DNA of 63,568 nucleotides from Candidatus Bruticola sp. Lineage in GTDB: Bacteria; Vulcanimicrobiota; Xenobia; Xenobiales; Xenobiaceae. Of the stretch, positions 38,605 to 48,673 are shown piece after piece (the first letter of the stretch is position 1; each line of letters begins with the position of its first letter). Location of the stretch: the NCBI GenBank assembly GCA_051874735.1, contig JBJEGD010000005.1, forward strand, positions 1 through 63,568, read 5' to 3'. The position numbers were made by a program, and so were the translations under genes. The notes beneath the pieces were generated by a model. The model saw nothing but the letters and a program-made list of their open reading frames with translations, was not told where the DNA came from and searched no databases.

Positions 38605-38633
38605 AAAAAAAACCGCTTAAAAGGCGGTTTTTT
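38605..38633 (+). terminator. Intrinsic terminator
   Basis: AAAAAACCGC ... GCGGTTTTTT right after the stop codon. Confidence 0.8.
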
Positions 38634-38779
38634 CGTTTTATAACCGCAGTTTGCCTTAACTAAAAAGCGCGGGATAAATCTGCCCAATGCAGAATTTGCC
38701 TATTAAGGTTACTATTAAAGTATTACCAGGATAAATAGTGCTTCAAATCTTTGTAATGCTTGATTCTGCGGAGTAGAGT

Positions 38780-40450
38780 ATGAGACTGACTATATCTTGC
38801 TTGTCTACGATGCCAGCTTTGCTGGGCCTAGATTTATCTTCTTTCCATATATACTTTATGCCATCTATGTGGATTGTGCTGGCAGTCTCGCTGATCGGTG
38901 CACTTATTAGTTATCTGCGTTCAGATAATTTAAAACTCTGGTATACATTATCTTCACTACTCTGTATATCTTCATTTTGTATTGTTTTAAATACAGGTTC
39001 ATTAAACAGTAAATACTTTTTGCTACTTTATCTAGCTCTTCTGGTAACTTCTTTAAAAGGCAAAATCTGGACATCTCTAATCTTTTGTGCAGTTTCTTCT
39101 TTCACAACCTACTTTGTCTCTGGTAAAGGACTATCTATTTTAGATGATATAGGATCTCTTACCGAGTTAACTTTACTGCCGTTTTTCACTGTTGTAGCTT
39201 TCTTTATTAACTCAGCTATTAATAAACCTATTTCTGACATAGAAAAGCGCAAAGATGAACGTGTTGAAGAAGCCTATGCTATTGCCCGCTATCAAGTCGC
39301 CCAAAAAGAAGAAAGTGAAATTCAATTCTTCGATCGTCAACGTAAATTGTACAGTTTGCTGCAACTTTTTCAAAAGCTTTCTTCTGAGCGTTCCGCCAAG
39401 GTTGTAGAAGACGGAGTTGTCTATTTTGCCCGTGAAGAGGTTAAATCTCAAGTTTCTTTTGTAGCTTTTAACGAAGACGGCAAATGGAAAACTCCTAATT
39501 TTTTGGGCATAAGCGAAGTAATGGCCCGAACTATAAGTCAAAAAATTGAAGCAGGTATTTTCTCTAAAGTGATTTCTACAGGGGAAATCATAAATTATAA
39601 AAATGTTCAGTACCATACTCAAGGACTGAGTGCTTTAGAAAAAAAACCTTTTGACAGCAATAGTATGTCTCTGCGCAACCTTTTGGTTGTACCTCTACAA
39701 GATGCCAGCGGACATAAACCTTTTGGTGTTCTAGCTGTTGCTAATAAATTGATGGGGGATCAATACGACAAGAACGACATCGACTATTTAAAGCTTTTAG
39801 CCACTGAAGCCGCAATCACTTTGAGCAACATGAAATTGTATAGTAAGCTAGAACGTTCTTATTACGAGACTATTTTAGCTTTGGCTCAGGCTATTGAAGC
39901 AAAGGATCCTTATACTCACGGCCACGTTTCCAGAGTAGAACAACTATCAGTTTTTCTTTGCAAATGTATAGGCCTAGATCAAGAATCAACTGAACTAGTC
40001 GCTAAAGCAGCTATTCTTCACGATGTCGGCAAAATTTCCATCCCAGACCATATACTCATGAAAGCTAGTGCTCTGACTGATGAAGAATTTGAAATTATGA
40101 AAACTCATACGAGCAATGCCAGAAATATATTAAACAACATAACTTCTCTACCAGAGAAAGTGATCGACATGGTGGTTCATCACCACGAGAGATACGACGG
40201 CAAAGGTTATCCTGACGGACTACAAGGCCGCTCTATTCCCCTAGGTTCGCAAATTATAGCGATTGCAGATTCTTTTGATGCTATGATCACCAACAGACCA
40301 TACCGTAAGGGGCTAAGTATAGAAGAAGCCTTAAGCAGATTGGAACGCGGTAACGGTACTCAATTTTCTCCTTACATGGTAGAAAAATTTTTGCAAAATA
40401 TAGATAAAGTAGATGATTTATCTAGTTTGCCCCATTACTTCGACTGTTAA
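38780..40450 (+). CDS. Membrane-bound GAF + HD-GYP cyclic-dinucleotide phosphodiesterase
   Basis: N-terminal TMs; GAF (LLVVPL..GVLAVANK); KDPYT.GH, HDVGK, HHERYDGKGYP, IADSFDAM. Confidence 0.92.
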   Translation: MRLTISCLSTMPALLGLDLSSFHIYFMPSMWIVLAVSLIGALISYLRSDNLKLWYTLSSLLCISSFCIVLNTGSLNSKYFLLLYLALLVTSLKGKIWTSLIFCAVSSFTTYFVSGKGLSILDDIGSLTELTLLPFFTVVAFFINSAINKPISDIEKRKDERVEEAYAIARYQVAQKEESEIQFFDRQRKLYSLLQLFQKLSSERSAKVVEDGVVYFAREEVKSQVSFVAFNEDGKWKTPNFLGISEVMARTISQKIEAGIFSKVISTGEIINYKNVQYHTQGLSALEKKPFDSNSMSLRNLLVVPLQDASGHKPFGVLAVANKLMGDQYDKNDIDYLKLLATEAAITLSNMKLYSKLERSYYETILALAQAIEAKDPYTHGHVSRVEQLSVFLCKCIGLDQESTELVAKAAILHDVGKISIPDHILMKASALTDEEFEIMKTHTSNARNILNNITSLPEKVIDMVVHHHERYDGKGYPDGLQGRSIPLGSQIIAIADSFDAMITNRPYRKGLSIEEALSRLERGNGTQFSPYMVEKFLQNIDKVDDLSSLPHYFDC

Positions 40451-40491
40451 AACACTCAAACAATTTTTCGCAAGGATAGAATACTAATAAT

Positions 40492-41235
40492 ATGGACAGC
40501 ATTCCTAAAAACTTAGAGTTTTTTCTACCTCTGCTGCCTGTGTATGGCTTTGTCTGTCTTCCGCAGCAGACGCTAACCATCCGTTTAAAAAACAAAAAAT
40601 ACTACCACGAGATATTTAAATATGCCAAAGAGCACACAAATTCACTGCTAGCTCTAGCATATCTAACAAGACCACGCACCAAGAAGCCAGATTTTCACCA
40701 AGTTATGAGCATCGTGCATCTCGATGAAATAATTGTATCTCCCTACAAGAGTAAAAATCTTTGTCTAATTCAAGTATCATCGTTGTATACAGCTATTTAC
40801 ACTCCAGATAAACTTAATACTGAGTTGGTTTTTTGGAGAGCCGCACTTAAAGCTTTTCCTAACAACGATCGCACACCGAGTGTAAGTAATTCCAGAGATT
40901 TATTATTAAATCTTTGGATAAGCTGCCGACGACTTATTGCCTCTTCCGACGATACAATATTTTCCGTTTTACCTTCGCGAGGTAACAAATATTTCAAAGG
41001 CTATAGTCAAGACTTACCACGCTTCTTAACTTATCTTTATAATCACATGCCTTTAACACTTGAGGAGCGCCTTAATTATCTAACAGCGAGCGATATAAAT
41101 GCCCAAGCAGCGTTCCTTCTTTTGCAAATGAATAAACTAAAAAAAGAAGGGCTGCGTACAGTTATAGTTCCTATCGACTACACAAGGCTATGTCGTATAA
41201 ACAGCGACGCCATTATAAATCTGCGCTACAACTAA
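40492..41235 (+). CDS. Stand-alone Lon N-terminal (substrate-binding)-like domain protein
   Basis: LPLLPVYGFVCLP..TL.I and MPLTLEERL.YL patterns resemble LON_substr_bdg; no ATPase or protease motifs. Confidence 0.6.
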   Translation: MDSIPKNLEFFLPLLPVYGFVCLPQQTLTIRLKNKKYYHEIFKYAKEHTNSLLALAYLTRPRTKKPDFHQVMSIVHLDEIIVSPYKSKNLCLIQVSSLYTAIYTPDKLNTELVFWRAALKAFPNNDRTPSVSNSRDLLLNLWISCRRLIASSDDTIFSVLPSRGNKYFKGYSQDLPRFLTYLYNHMPLTLEERLNYLTASDINAQAAFLLLQMNKLKKEGLRTVIVPIDYTRLCRINSDAIINLRYN

Positions 41236-41291
41236 AAACTATACGCTAAAGCCCAACATTCTTTGCGAATCATCAATCAAGGCTATCCTGC

Positions 41292-42302
41292 CTACTGATG
41301 ATGCAAGGTGCCAGCTCCCTGTTCTTTTATCCAATCTACCAACCGAGCCATTCCTTCCGCGCCTGAGATCTCCGGCTTGTACTGCAAATCTCTACGAGCA
41401 TTAGCTATATTAAAATAATGGGACGTAGCCAGTTGAGCAGCAGTAAACTTAGTCATCTTAGGTTCTTCTTGTTTATGCAACACTTTATAAATAAATTCCA
41501 AAGTAGCCCCTAATCCCCAGGTAAGACCGTAAGGGATGGAACGAGTAATGGGGGGAGCACCTACTTTTTCCAAAAGCTCCTTAATCCAACTCCAAAGTAC
41601 AACCGGCTGTCCATCGCTTATAAAATAAGCCTTGCCGGCACAGCTATCCATATGTTCAAAAGCATCAATATGAGATTGGGCGGCGTTATCTATATAAGTT
41701 AGATCAACTTTATTAGTTCCGTCGCCTACCTGAAAAAGCTGTCCAGCAAAGGCACGCTCTACTAACCGCGGTATCAAATGAGGATCACCAGGACCATAAA
41801 TTAAATGCGGCCGCAAAGCTGTAGTTTGCATATCTTGATTATTGGCCAGCAGCACTTCCTTCTCAGCCTGAGCCTTAGTTTGAGCATAAGCACACTCAAA
41901 ATGTTCAGGATAAGGGGTATCTTCCTGGATATTCTCAATTTTAGCCTTAGGATGGTAAATAACACTGGGTGTGCTAGTATAAATAAACTTAGCAACTCCT
42001 TGGCGGCGGCAAGCCTCGAGCAAAGAGCGCGTGCCATAAACGTTAACACGCTCATACTCAGCATAATTTCCCCAGATACCAGCCTTTGAAGCAGTGTGAA
42101 AAACAGCCTCACAGCCAGCAACAGCCTCTAGAGCGGCATCAAGAGAAACTATATCCCCGCGTACAACCTCAGCTCCAAGAGCTTCAATATCGGGATAGGC
42201 CCCTCTAGATAAGCTGCGCACCTTATCGCCTCGCTCAATCAGCTTTCTGACTAAAGCTTTGCCTAAAAATCCGCCGCCGCCAACCACTAATACTTTTACC
42301 AT
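41292..42302 (-). CDS. oleD: OleD 2-alkyl-3-oxoalkanoate reductase (3-beta-HSD/epimerase family)
   Basis: GGGGFLG, HTASKAGIWG, TSTPSV, YAQTK, LRPHLI.GPGD; last gene of the ole cluster. Confidence 0.88.
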   Translation of the reverse strand: MVKVLVVGGGGFLGKALVRKLIERGDKVRSLSRGAYPDIEALGAEVVRGDIVSLDAALEAVAGCEAVFHTASKAGIWGNYAEYERVNVYGTRSLLEACRRQGVAKFIYTSTPSVIYHPKAKIENIQEDTPYPEHFECAYAQTKAQAEKEVLLANNQDMQTTALRPHLIYGPGDPHLIPRLVERAFAGQLFQVGDGTNKVDLTYIDNAAQSHIDAFEHMDSCAGKAYFISDGQPVVLWSWIKELLEKVGAPPITRSIPYGLTWGLGATLEFIYKVLHKQEEPKMTKFTAAQLATSHYFNIANARRDLQYKPEISGAEGMARLVDWIKEQGAGTLHHQ

Positions 42303-42323
42303 AATTATTCCCCGCTATTGAGC

Positions 42324-44015
42324 CTAACCAAGCTCTTCTGCAGCCCATTGAGCCAATTCTTCACGATGGATCTTAACGTTGTGACGTGGATCAACTGGGA
42401 ACGAATCGTAAAACAGAACTTCTTTAATCTGACTATAAAGTTTATCTTCATCGTAGCGAGCTAAAATTTGACGGGAAAGCAGTTCTTTCTGCTTATCATC
42501 TTCGGGGAAAGAGCCAGGCTTAGGTTCTACAACCAAAACTGGGGTCTGTTTGCCCTTGGGCCCCACACCGACCAAAGCACTGCGGAAAACTCTCGGATGA
42601 TTATTGGCCATTCCCTCAACCATAACTGGAAAAAGCGTTCCCTTCTCAGTTTCCACACGATGAGCTTTGCGTCCGCAGAACCATAAATTGTGTTCACTAT
42701 CAAAATATCCAGTATCACCCATGCGGTGCCAATTGCGTCCTCGGCGATCCTTCATTTTCGAAACAGCGTTAGCTTCATCTTCGTGATAGTACTCTTGAGT
42801 AACTACCGGACCATAAACGGCTATTTCTCCGACCTCTCCATCAGGCAGAACTAAACTATCATCGAATTCAGCAATGGGATCATCAGTAATTTTAATAATC
42901 TTGACTTCCATGCCTTTAATGGGCTTGCCAACACAGGTACCAGCTCCAGCAATAGTTTTATCTGCTGCATCTTTCAATAAACTGCTGCCCGGAATGATGG
43001 CCACAGGCAAACTCTCAGTAGCTCCGTAAGGAGTATAAATTTCGGCATCCTCGTTCATTATGGAGAACATGCCTTTTAAAAGATCACTGGGAATAGGAGC
43101 GCCGAAAGTGATCAGCCTCTTAAGAGTATCAAGCTGAATATCCTCTTCATTGCAGTAATTATAAACCTTGCGCCAGATAGCAGGTGAGCCTTGACAAGTA
43201 GTTACTCCAAACTCTTCCATAGTTTCAACTAAAAGAGCAGGATCGCAATTCGCAGGGCAACTAGGATCTAAACGCGGAATGACTGAAGTCATACCTAAAG
43301 CTATATCAAAAAGCGCAAAGAGAGGATAACCGGGCATGTCCAACTCTCCCGGTTTAAAACTAAATAGTTCCTTAAGATATTTAACCTGATTTTGGAAAAT
43401 AGAGTGAGTGTAAATTACTCCTTTAGCTTTGCCTGTGGAGCCTGAAGTAAAGAGAATAGCTGCAATTTCGTCTTCGTTAACAGGAACTACTTTAAAATGT
43501 TCAGTGTACTTGCTCCCCTCTTTGGCTATATCGACACACCCGGGCATCCACTCTCCAACGGTAAAATTCAGCTTTACACTCTGGAAATATTGGCGGTAGA
43601 ACCAACGCATAAGGTGGGCCATACGTATGCCTATAAAAATATCCGGCTGAACATGCTCAATGCAGCGGAGCATATTATCCTTGCCCATACCCGGATCGAG
43701 CATTACCGGCAATACTCCCATCTTGAAGAGAGCAAAAGCCACAGCGATTAATTCAGGGCCGCTCTTAAGAAAAACTAACGCTTTTTGTCCTTTAACGGCG
43801 CCGGCAGCCTTCATAGCTTGAGCGTAAGCATCGACCTGTTCATTTAACTTTTTGTAAGTCCAGGACTGGTATTCCTTTTTTACAGGAAATCTGACCGCAT
43901 CCTGATTGGGCCGTTCACCAGCCATATTAGGAAGATGAATTGAAATATTGGCAGCAGCTGAGGCCTTATTTCCTTCAGCAGCTTTATTGCGTGTCTTACT
44001 CATACAAAAAAACAC
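42324..44015 (-). CDS. oleC: OleC beta-lactone synthetase (ANL/AMP-binding)
   Basis: DPGMG, LFTSGSTGKAKG, FALF, TPYGATE, WHRMGD, WFCGRK, FPVDPRHN.KI. Confidence 0.9.
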   Translation of the reverse strand: MFFCMSKTRNKAAEGNKASAAANISIHLPNMAGERPNQDAVRFPVKKEYQSWTYKKLNEQVDAYAQAMKAAGAVKGQKALVFLKSGPELIAVAFALFKMGVLPVMLDPGMGKDNMLRCIEHVQPDIFIGIRMAHLMRWFYRQYFQSVKLNFTVGEWMPGCVDIAKEGSKYTEHFKVVPVNEDEIAAILFTSGSTGKAKGVIYTHSIFQNQVKYLKELFSFKPGELDMPGYPLFALFDIALGMTSVIPRLDPSCPANCDPALLVETMEEFGVTTCQGSPAIWRKVYNYCNEEDIQLDTLKRLITFGAPIPSDLLKGMFSIMNEDAEIYTPYGATESLPVAIIPGSSLLKDAADKTIAGAGTCVGKPIKGMEVKIIKITDDPIAEFDDSLVLPDGEVGEIAVYGPVVTQEYYHEDEANAVSKMKDRRGRNWHRMGDTGYFDSEHNLWFCGRKAHRVETEKGTLFPVMVEGMANNHPRVFRSALVGVGPKGKQTPVLVVEPKPGSFPEDDKQKELLSRQILARYDEDKLYSQIKEVLFYDSFPVDPRHNVKIHREELAQWAAEELG

Positions 44016-44041
44016 CTGTCACAAAAAATAATATTTTGGAA

Positions 44042-44950
44042 TCAGCGCGCCAGTAGCTTCCTCAAATGCTCAAAAACTCTCTCTGAAGCATCTTCCATTA
44101 CGTAATGACCGACATCATCAAGGCGATGGAACTCTGCATCGGGATAAATTTCTTGCCATCGACGCAAAAACTTATCATTAAATACGCAATCTAATCCACC
44201 CCAAACAAACGTTTTAGGTATAGAAACTAGCTTAGGCAAGCTTAACTCTATTTCTTTTAAAGTTTGATAAGATTGATGGGCTGGCTCCATGGGAATATCC
44301 TGTACAAAACGCAGCACACCTATACGATTGGCCCACGAATTGTAGGGGGCGATATAACCAGAGGCAACATAAGAACTTATAGGCCGCTTAGTGCTAATAA
44401 GTAAAGCTCCAAGAACAAAAGCATTTAAACCGCGCACCAATAAACTGCCTAACACTGGAACTCTAGCCAACTTTATAATTGATGGCATAAACGGAGAACG
44501 GTAGGCTGCAGTATTCAAAAACAGAATGCGCTTTATTTTTTCCGGATAGCGGACTGCATAACCAAGACCTATAGCTCCGCCCCAATCATGAACGACCATG
44601 GTAAAAGGTTCAAGATTGAGCTTATCCATAAGGAGCTCGAAATTATCGATATGAGTGCGTAAACAGTAATTGTAATGCTGCGGCTTATCAGAAAGCCCCA
44701 TGCCAATATGGTCTGGAACAACTACGCGATGATGAGGACTAAAAGCCTTCACTAATTCACGGTAGTAATATGACCAAGTAGGATTGCCATGCACACAGAC
44801 TATGGGTTCCCGCTCTCGATCGGGGCCCACCTGACATTCATCAATGAAATGCATGCGCAGCCCAGTATTAGGTATATACATATAATTGGAAGCAAAAGGA
44901 TATAAGGGCTTCCAGGCATCCGATTTTACTTTTTTCATCTTACCAAACAA
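44042..44950 (-). CDS. oleB: OleB beta-lactone decarboxylase (haloalkane dehalogenase-like alpha/beta hydrolase)
   Basis: HGNPTWS, PDHIG.GLSDKP, VHDWGG, FVQDIP, GHYVMED. Confidence 0.9.
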   Translation of the reverse strand: MFGKMKKVKSDAWKPLYPFASNYMYIPNTGLRMHFIDECQVGPDREREPIVCVHGNPTWSYYYRELVKAFSPHHRVVVPDHIGMGLSDKPQHYNYCLRTHIDNFELLMDKLNLEPFTMVVHDWGGAIGLGYAVRYPEKIKRILFLNTAAYRSPFMPSIIKLARVPVLGSLLVRGLNAFVLGALLISTKRPISSYVASGYIAPYNSWANRIGVLRFVQDIPMEPAHQSYQTLKEIELSLPKLVSIPKTFVWGGLDCVFNDKFLRRWQEIYPDAEFHRLDDVGHYVMEDASERVFEHLRKLLAR

Positions 44951-45956
44951 TCTCCATCATAGCACAATTCAAGCCGCTACCTATTCCCATTATTCCTACG
45001 TGATCGCCGCTTTTAATTATACCCCGCTCAGCAGCTATAGCTAAAGTAATAGGAGCAGCTGCCGGTCCCACATTACCTAAAAACGGAAATGTTTGAAAAG
45101 ATTTAGCTAAATCGAGACCTAAAGCTTCAAAAAGCAATCGGTAGTGACGCGCTCCAACTTGGTGACAAATATAATGGGTTAATTTATCAGTACTCCACCC
45201 CAAAGTTTGCTCTGCTATTTTCCAAGTTCTGCCAGCTAATTCAATACCAGCTTTCATTAAGCTAGTCTGATCGGTAATAATATCTGAAAAAGTACCTATA
45301 CAATGACGGCAATATCTAGTATCGGCCAGTTGGACATGTCCCACAACTTTGCGTCCACAAGTAGCCAACTTCTCGTTGCAAATAACCGCAGCCACAGCTC
45401 CCGATCCTAAAGTTAAGCCAGCAAAACGCTTAGAAAATGTAGTTAAATCAGTATCGCTCTTTGCTAACTGTTCTATAGTATTCTCCATAACTAAACGAGA
45501 GTTTTCTACATCGACAATCAGAGCAGCCTCATAAATGCCTTTATCAATAAGCTGACCCATATAAGATATAGCATTAATAAAGGCCAAGCAGGCATTGGAT
45601 ATATCGTAACTGATTGTCTCTGGAGGGAATCCCAAAGCATTATGAACCATACAAGCCATAGAAGGCTCAATAAATTCCTTAGAGACTGAGGTGCACACAA
45701 TGCAGCCAATCTTGTTTAATGGTATACCAGCCCGCTCTACCGCCTTGCTGGCGACTTTAGCTGCAATATCCGGAAGTTTATCTTCAGCTTTCCAAACTCG
45801 GCGCTCGTCAACACCAGAAAGAGCACTCACCCAGCTGACAGGCAATCCTAAACGCTTAAAGGTAACGCTAAGACGGTCATAAATATTTTGAGTGGTAACA
45901 ACATTGGGGGGCAGTTCATATTCAAGAGACTGCAAATAAACATTATTATGGAGCAT
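44940..45956 (-). CDS. oleA: OleA acyl-CoA condensing enzyme (thiolase/FabH-like)
   Basis: EPS (Glu), NACLAF (Cys), LTLGSGA, CHQVG, GNVGP, GIGSGLNC. Confidence 0.9.
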   Translation of the reverse strand: MLHNNVYLQSLEYELPPNVVTTQNIYDRLSVTFKRLGLPVSWVSALSGVDERRVWKAEDKLPDIAAKVASKAVERAGIPLNKIGCIVCTSVSKEFIEPSMACMVHNALGFPPETISYDISNACLAFINAISYMGQLIDKGIYEAALIVDVENSRLVMENTIEQLAKSDTDLTTFSKRFAGLTLGSGAVAAVICNEKLATCGRKVVGHVQLADTRYCRHCIGTFSDIITDQTSLMKAGIELAGRTWKIAEQTLGWSTDKLTHYICHQVGARHYRLLFEALGLDLAKSFQTFPFLGNVGPAAAPITLAIAAERGIIKSGDHVGIMGIGSGLNCAMMEIVW

Positions 45957-46019
45957 TACTAACTCGTACTATCTTCAGGTAAAGCAAAAAAAAAGAGAGC
46001 CCGCTATCTTTTATAGCAA

Positions 46020-46436
46020 TTAGGATAAAAACAAATCCGTCGGCATATTTTGCCTAATGAGGGCAGCAGCAGCAGCTAATTCCTCTTGAGAAGATTCTTG
46101 AGGGCGTTTAAATAAATCGGCCTCAGTTATAATCGGAATCAAATGAATATGAGTATGAGGCACTTCCAAGCCGGCAATTAGTACCCCAATCTTAGTAGGG
46201 TTAAAAGTTTTCATTAAAACTTTACCTATCTTCTGCGCTACATAAGTACAATGACTCATATCTTCGCTACTGAGATTAATCCAATGATCAACTTCACTGC
46301 GCGGCACGACTAAAAGATGACCGCGAGCTATAGGGGCGATAGAAAGAAAGACGCCACATTTTTCGTCTTCATACACAAAATGACCGGGAAGTTCATGGTT
46401 CAGTATCTTGGTGAATAAAGTTGACATCGTATGCAA
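46020..46436 (-). CDS. HIT family nucleotide hydrolase
   Basis: TLFTKI, GHLLVVP, VPHTHIHLIP; probable start at 46427. Confidence 0.93.
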   Translation of the reverse strand: MHTMSTLFTKILNHELPGHFVYEDEKCGVFLSIAPIARGHLLVVPRSEVDHWINLSSEDMSHCTYVAQKIGKVLMKTFNPTKIGVLIAGLEVPHTHIHLIPIITEADLFKRPQESSQEELAAAAALIRQNMPTDLFLS

Positions 46437-46755
46437 AGAACCTCTGAAAGCTTAATCAGCCAACAGCTAACAAACTAAATATATATTCTTAAATATATTA
46501 TAAATGACGTAAGCGAACTCAGGTTATCAGCTTGAAGGCGGGATTTTCAATTAAACGAGAAAAGACCCTGCGTCGCATTCGCTTCATAAAGCAAGTATCC
46601 TAGTATTCAAACTATTTTGTCGCTATAATGGATTGCTCTTTTATTAAAGTCTAGATTTGTTTATGTACTTAGCTGTAAGATGTTTTTACTCAAAATATCT
46701 AGATTATCTCTTTTTTCTAAGAAATACTCTACTAACAGGTTAGACACAAAAAGAC

Positions 46756-47247
46756 ATGGCTTATTTATCAAACAATCAGCACGCCAACGAATTAAAATGT
46801 TCCGGAGAAATAGTTATTTTTACTGACGGTTCATGCTCAGGCAATCCAGGCCCCGGAGGATGGGCAGCCATACTTATTCATCCGAAATCAGGCACTGAAA
46901 AACATATATGCGGAGGCAATAGACATACTACCAATAACCGCATGGAAATTACGGCGGTTCTTGAAGGCTTAAAAGCTGTGAAACGGTCGGCATTCATTAC
47001 TGTTTTTGCAGATTCTCAATATGTACTTAAAGCTTTCAAAGAAGGCTGGTTAAAAAAATGGCAATCGTCTAACTGGCTTAACTCCAAAAAGCAACCAGTT
47101 GAGAATCAAGATCTATGGCAGCAACTATTAGAAGTCAGCCAGCGCCATACTATAGATTGGCAGTATGTGCCCGGTCATAAGAATCATTACTATAACGAAT
47201 TATGTGATAAATTAGCCCGCGAACAAACGGAAATTTTTAAGAGATAA
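46756..47247 (+). CDS. rnhA: Ribonuclease HI
   Basis: FTDGSCSGNPGPGG, TNNRME, DSQY, N.DLW, GH...NE.CD.LA. Confidence 0.96.
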   Translation: MAYLSNNQHANELKCSGEIVIFTDGSCSGNPGPGGWAAILIHPKSGTEKHICGGNRHTTNNRMEITAVLEGLKAVKRSAFITVFADSQYVLKAFKEGWLKKWQSSNWLNSKKQPVENQDLWQQLLEVSQRHTIDWQYVPGHKNHYYNELCDKLAREQTEIFKR

Positions 47248-47251
47248 TATC

Positions 47252-47279
47252 TTGACAATCATATTTTTTCTGTTAGAAT
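47252..47279 (+). promoter_or_regulatory. Sigma70 promoter for tRNA-Leu
   Basis: TTGACA-16nt-TAGAAT with an extended -10 TG. Confidence 0.65.
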
Positions 47280-47330
47280 TACGAGGTACTTGAGGCTAAT
47301 GCAAAAATTAGCAGAGGCCGAGGGTTTCGT

Positions 47331-47417
47331 GCGGAAGTGGCGGAATCGGTAGACGCGCAGGACTCAGGATTCTGTGGGGTAAAACCTGTAAGAGTTCGAA
47401 TCTCTTCTTCCGCACCA
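47331..47417 (+). tRNA. tRNA-Leu(CAG)
   Basis: Acceptor GCGGAAG/CTTCCGC, anticodon arm CAGGA-CTCAGGA-TTCTG, long variable arm, CCA. Confidence 0.96.
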
Positions 47418-47521
47418 ACTGTTGGTTGTGGCTGTATGCTGATCGTTTTAGACAGTGTGCGGCTATTTTTTTTGATTTTTTTAGAAAAAGAATTTATCCT
47501 CATACGTAGAAGCCCAGACAT

Positions 47522-48586
47522 ATGTGCCCTAATATTGCTGAAAACCAAAATAAAATAGATAAAAATAATAGTCCCGCAGTTACGTCTCAAGGAAAGCTAA
47601 GCGGAGCTGTGCGGAGTTTCTTTTTAACAAAAAGCAGCGGCGCATCCGCGGCCGAAACAACTTCAGAACATTCCTCTATTGAAGCATCGACTGACGAAGG
47701 CAAAGATAAGACAAAAATGTGTGAACAAAAGCCTAAAAAAAACAACAAATTTATTGGCGCGGCTAAAAAAGCCATAGGCAAAACCATAGACGGGATCGGA
47801 TTTTCTGTTGCCTTCGGAGCTGCAGCTGTAGGTTCTGTTGTTCTTTTCAGAATGCTGAATAAAACCAAAGTTTACGGATTAAAGAACATTCCTAAAGAGC
47901 ATGAAAACGTACTTTACTGTATCAACCATAACTCTTTGTTAGATAACTTTATTTTCGAAGCTGCCGCTTATGTTCCCAAAATATTCTTTCAGCCTAAATA
48001 TTTGCCCATAAATTTAGCCGATCGCAAAAACTTTTTTGGAGATCCATCCTCTAGAAAATTGCGCGATCGCGTTATGCGTATCTTAGGGCGTCATTTTTTC
48101 CGCCATCTCAAGGCTTATCCAGTCGATCGTCGCACTGGCAACATGGAACAAGTTGAAGAATGGCGCAAACTTCTCAAAGATAATATAATGATTGTTTATC
48201 CAGAAGGAACCCGCTCCCGTACTGGTAAGGTCGGTCACGGAAAACCTGGTGTAGGCAAACTTATTCATGAGGCACGACCTATAGTTATGCCTGTTTTTAT
48301 GGCTGGAACGGCCCAAGTTTTAGGTGTAGGCATGAAGTTTCCTACCGTATTCAAAACTATAAAGGTCTATATAGGCAAACCGATGGATTTGAGTCATCTG
48401 TTTTTAGATGAGTTACCTGGAGATCGGCTCAGCCAAATGCTTTACTATGCTAAACTTTCTGAAGCGGTTATGGATGAAATACGCAATCTTGACCCTGAGT
48501 ATCGTCCTTCAGAAGAAGAACTTCCTGCGGTGCATCAAGCAGAAACGGTGAATAAGGCGGATTCAGCCCATTCTCCTTCTGCTTAA
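47522..48586 (+). CDS. Lysophospholipid acyltransferase (PlsC family)
   Basis: NHNSLLD (HX4D), PVDR, YPEGTRS, KPGVG. Confidence 0.9.
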   Translation: MCPNIAENQNKIDKNNSPAVTSQGKLSGAVRSFFLTKSSGASAAETTSEHSSIEASTDEGKDKTKMCEQKPKKNNKFIGAAKKAIGKTIDGIGFSVAFGAAAVGSVVLFRMLNKTKVYGLKNIPKEHENVLYCINHNSLLDNFIFEAAAYVPKIFFQPKYLPINLADRKNFFGDPSSRKLRDRVMRILGRHFFRHLKAYPVDRRTGNMEQVEEWRKLLKDNIMIVYPEGTRSRTGKVGHGKPGVGKLIHEARPIVMPVFMAGTAQVLGVGMKFPTVFKTIKVYIGKPMDLSHLFLDELPGDRLSQMLYYAKLSEAVMDEIRNLDPEYRPSEEELPAVHQAETVNKADSAHSPSA

Positions 48587-48673
48587 TTATTGGATTTCTT
48601 CAAGGAAACATACGAAGCAGTACTTTTCATTAATGATCTGAGTTATAGATCATAATTAGAAAGAAAGTGGTGT

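Noticed and set aside
47279-47590. ORFs 47279..47590 and 47337..47558
   Set aside because: They overlap tRNA-Leu; translation artefacts.
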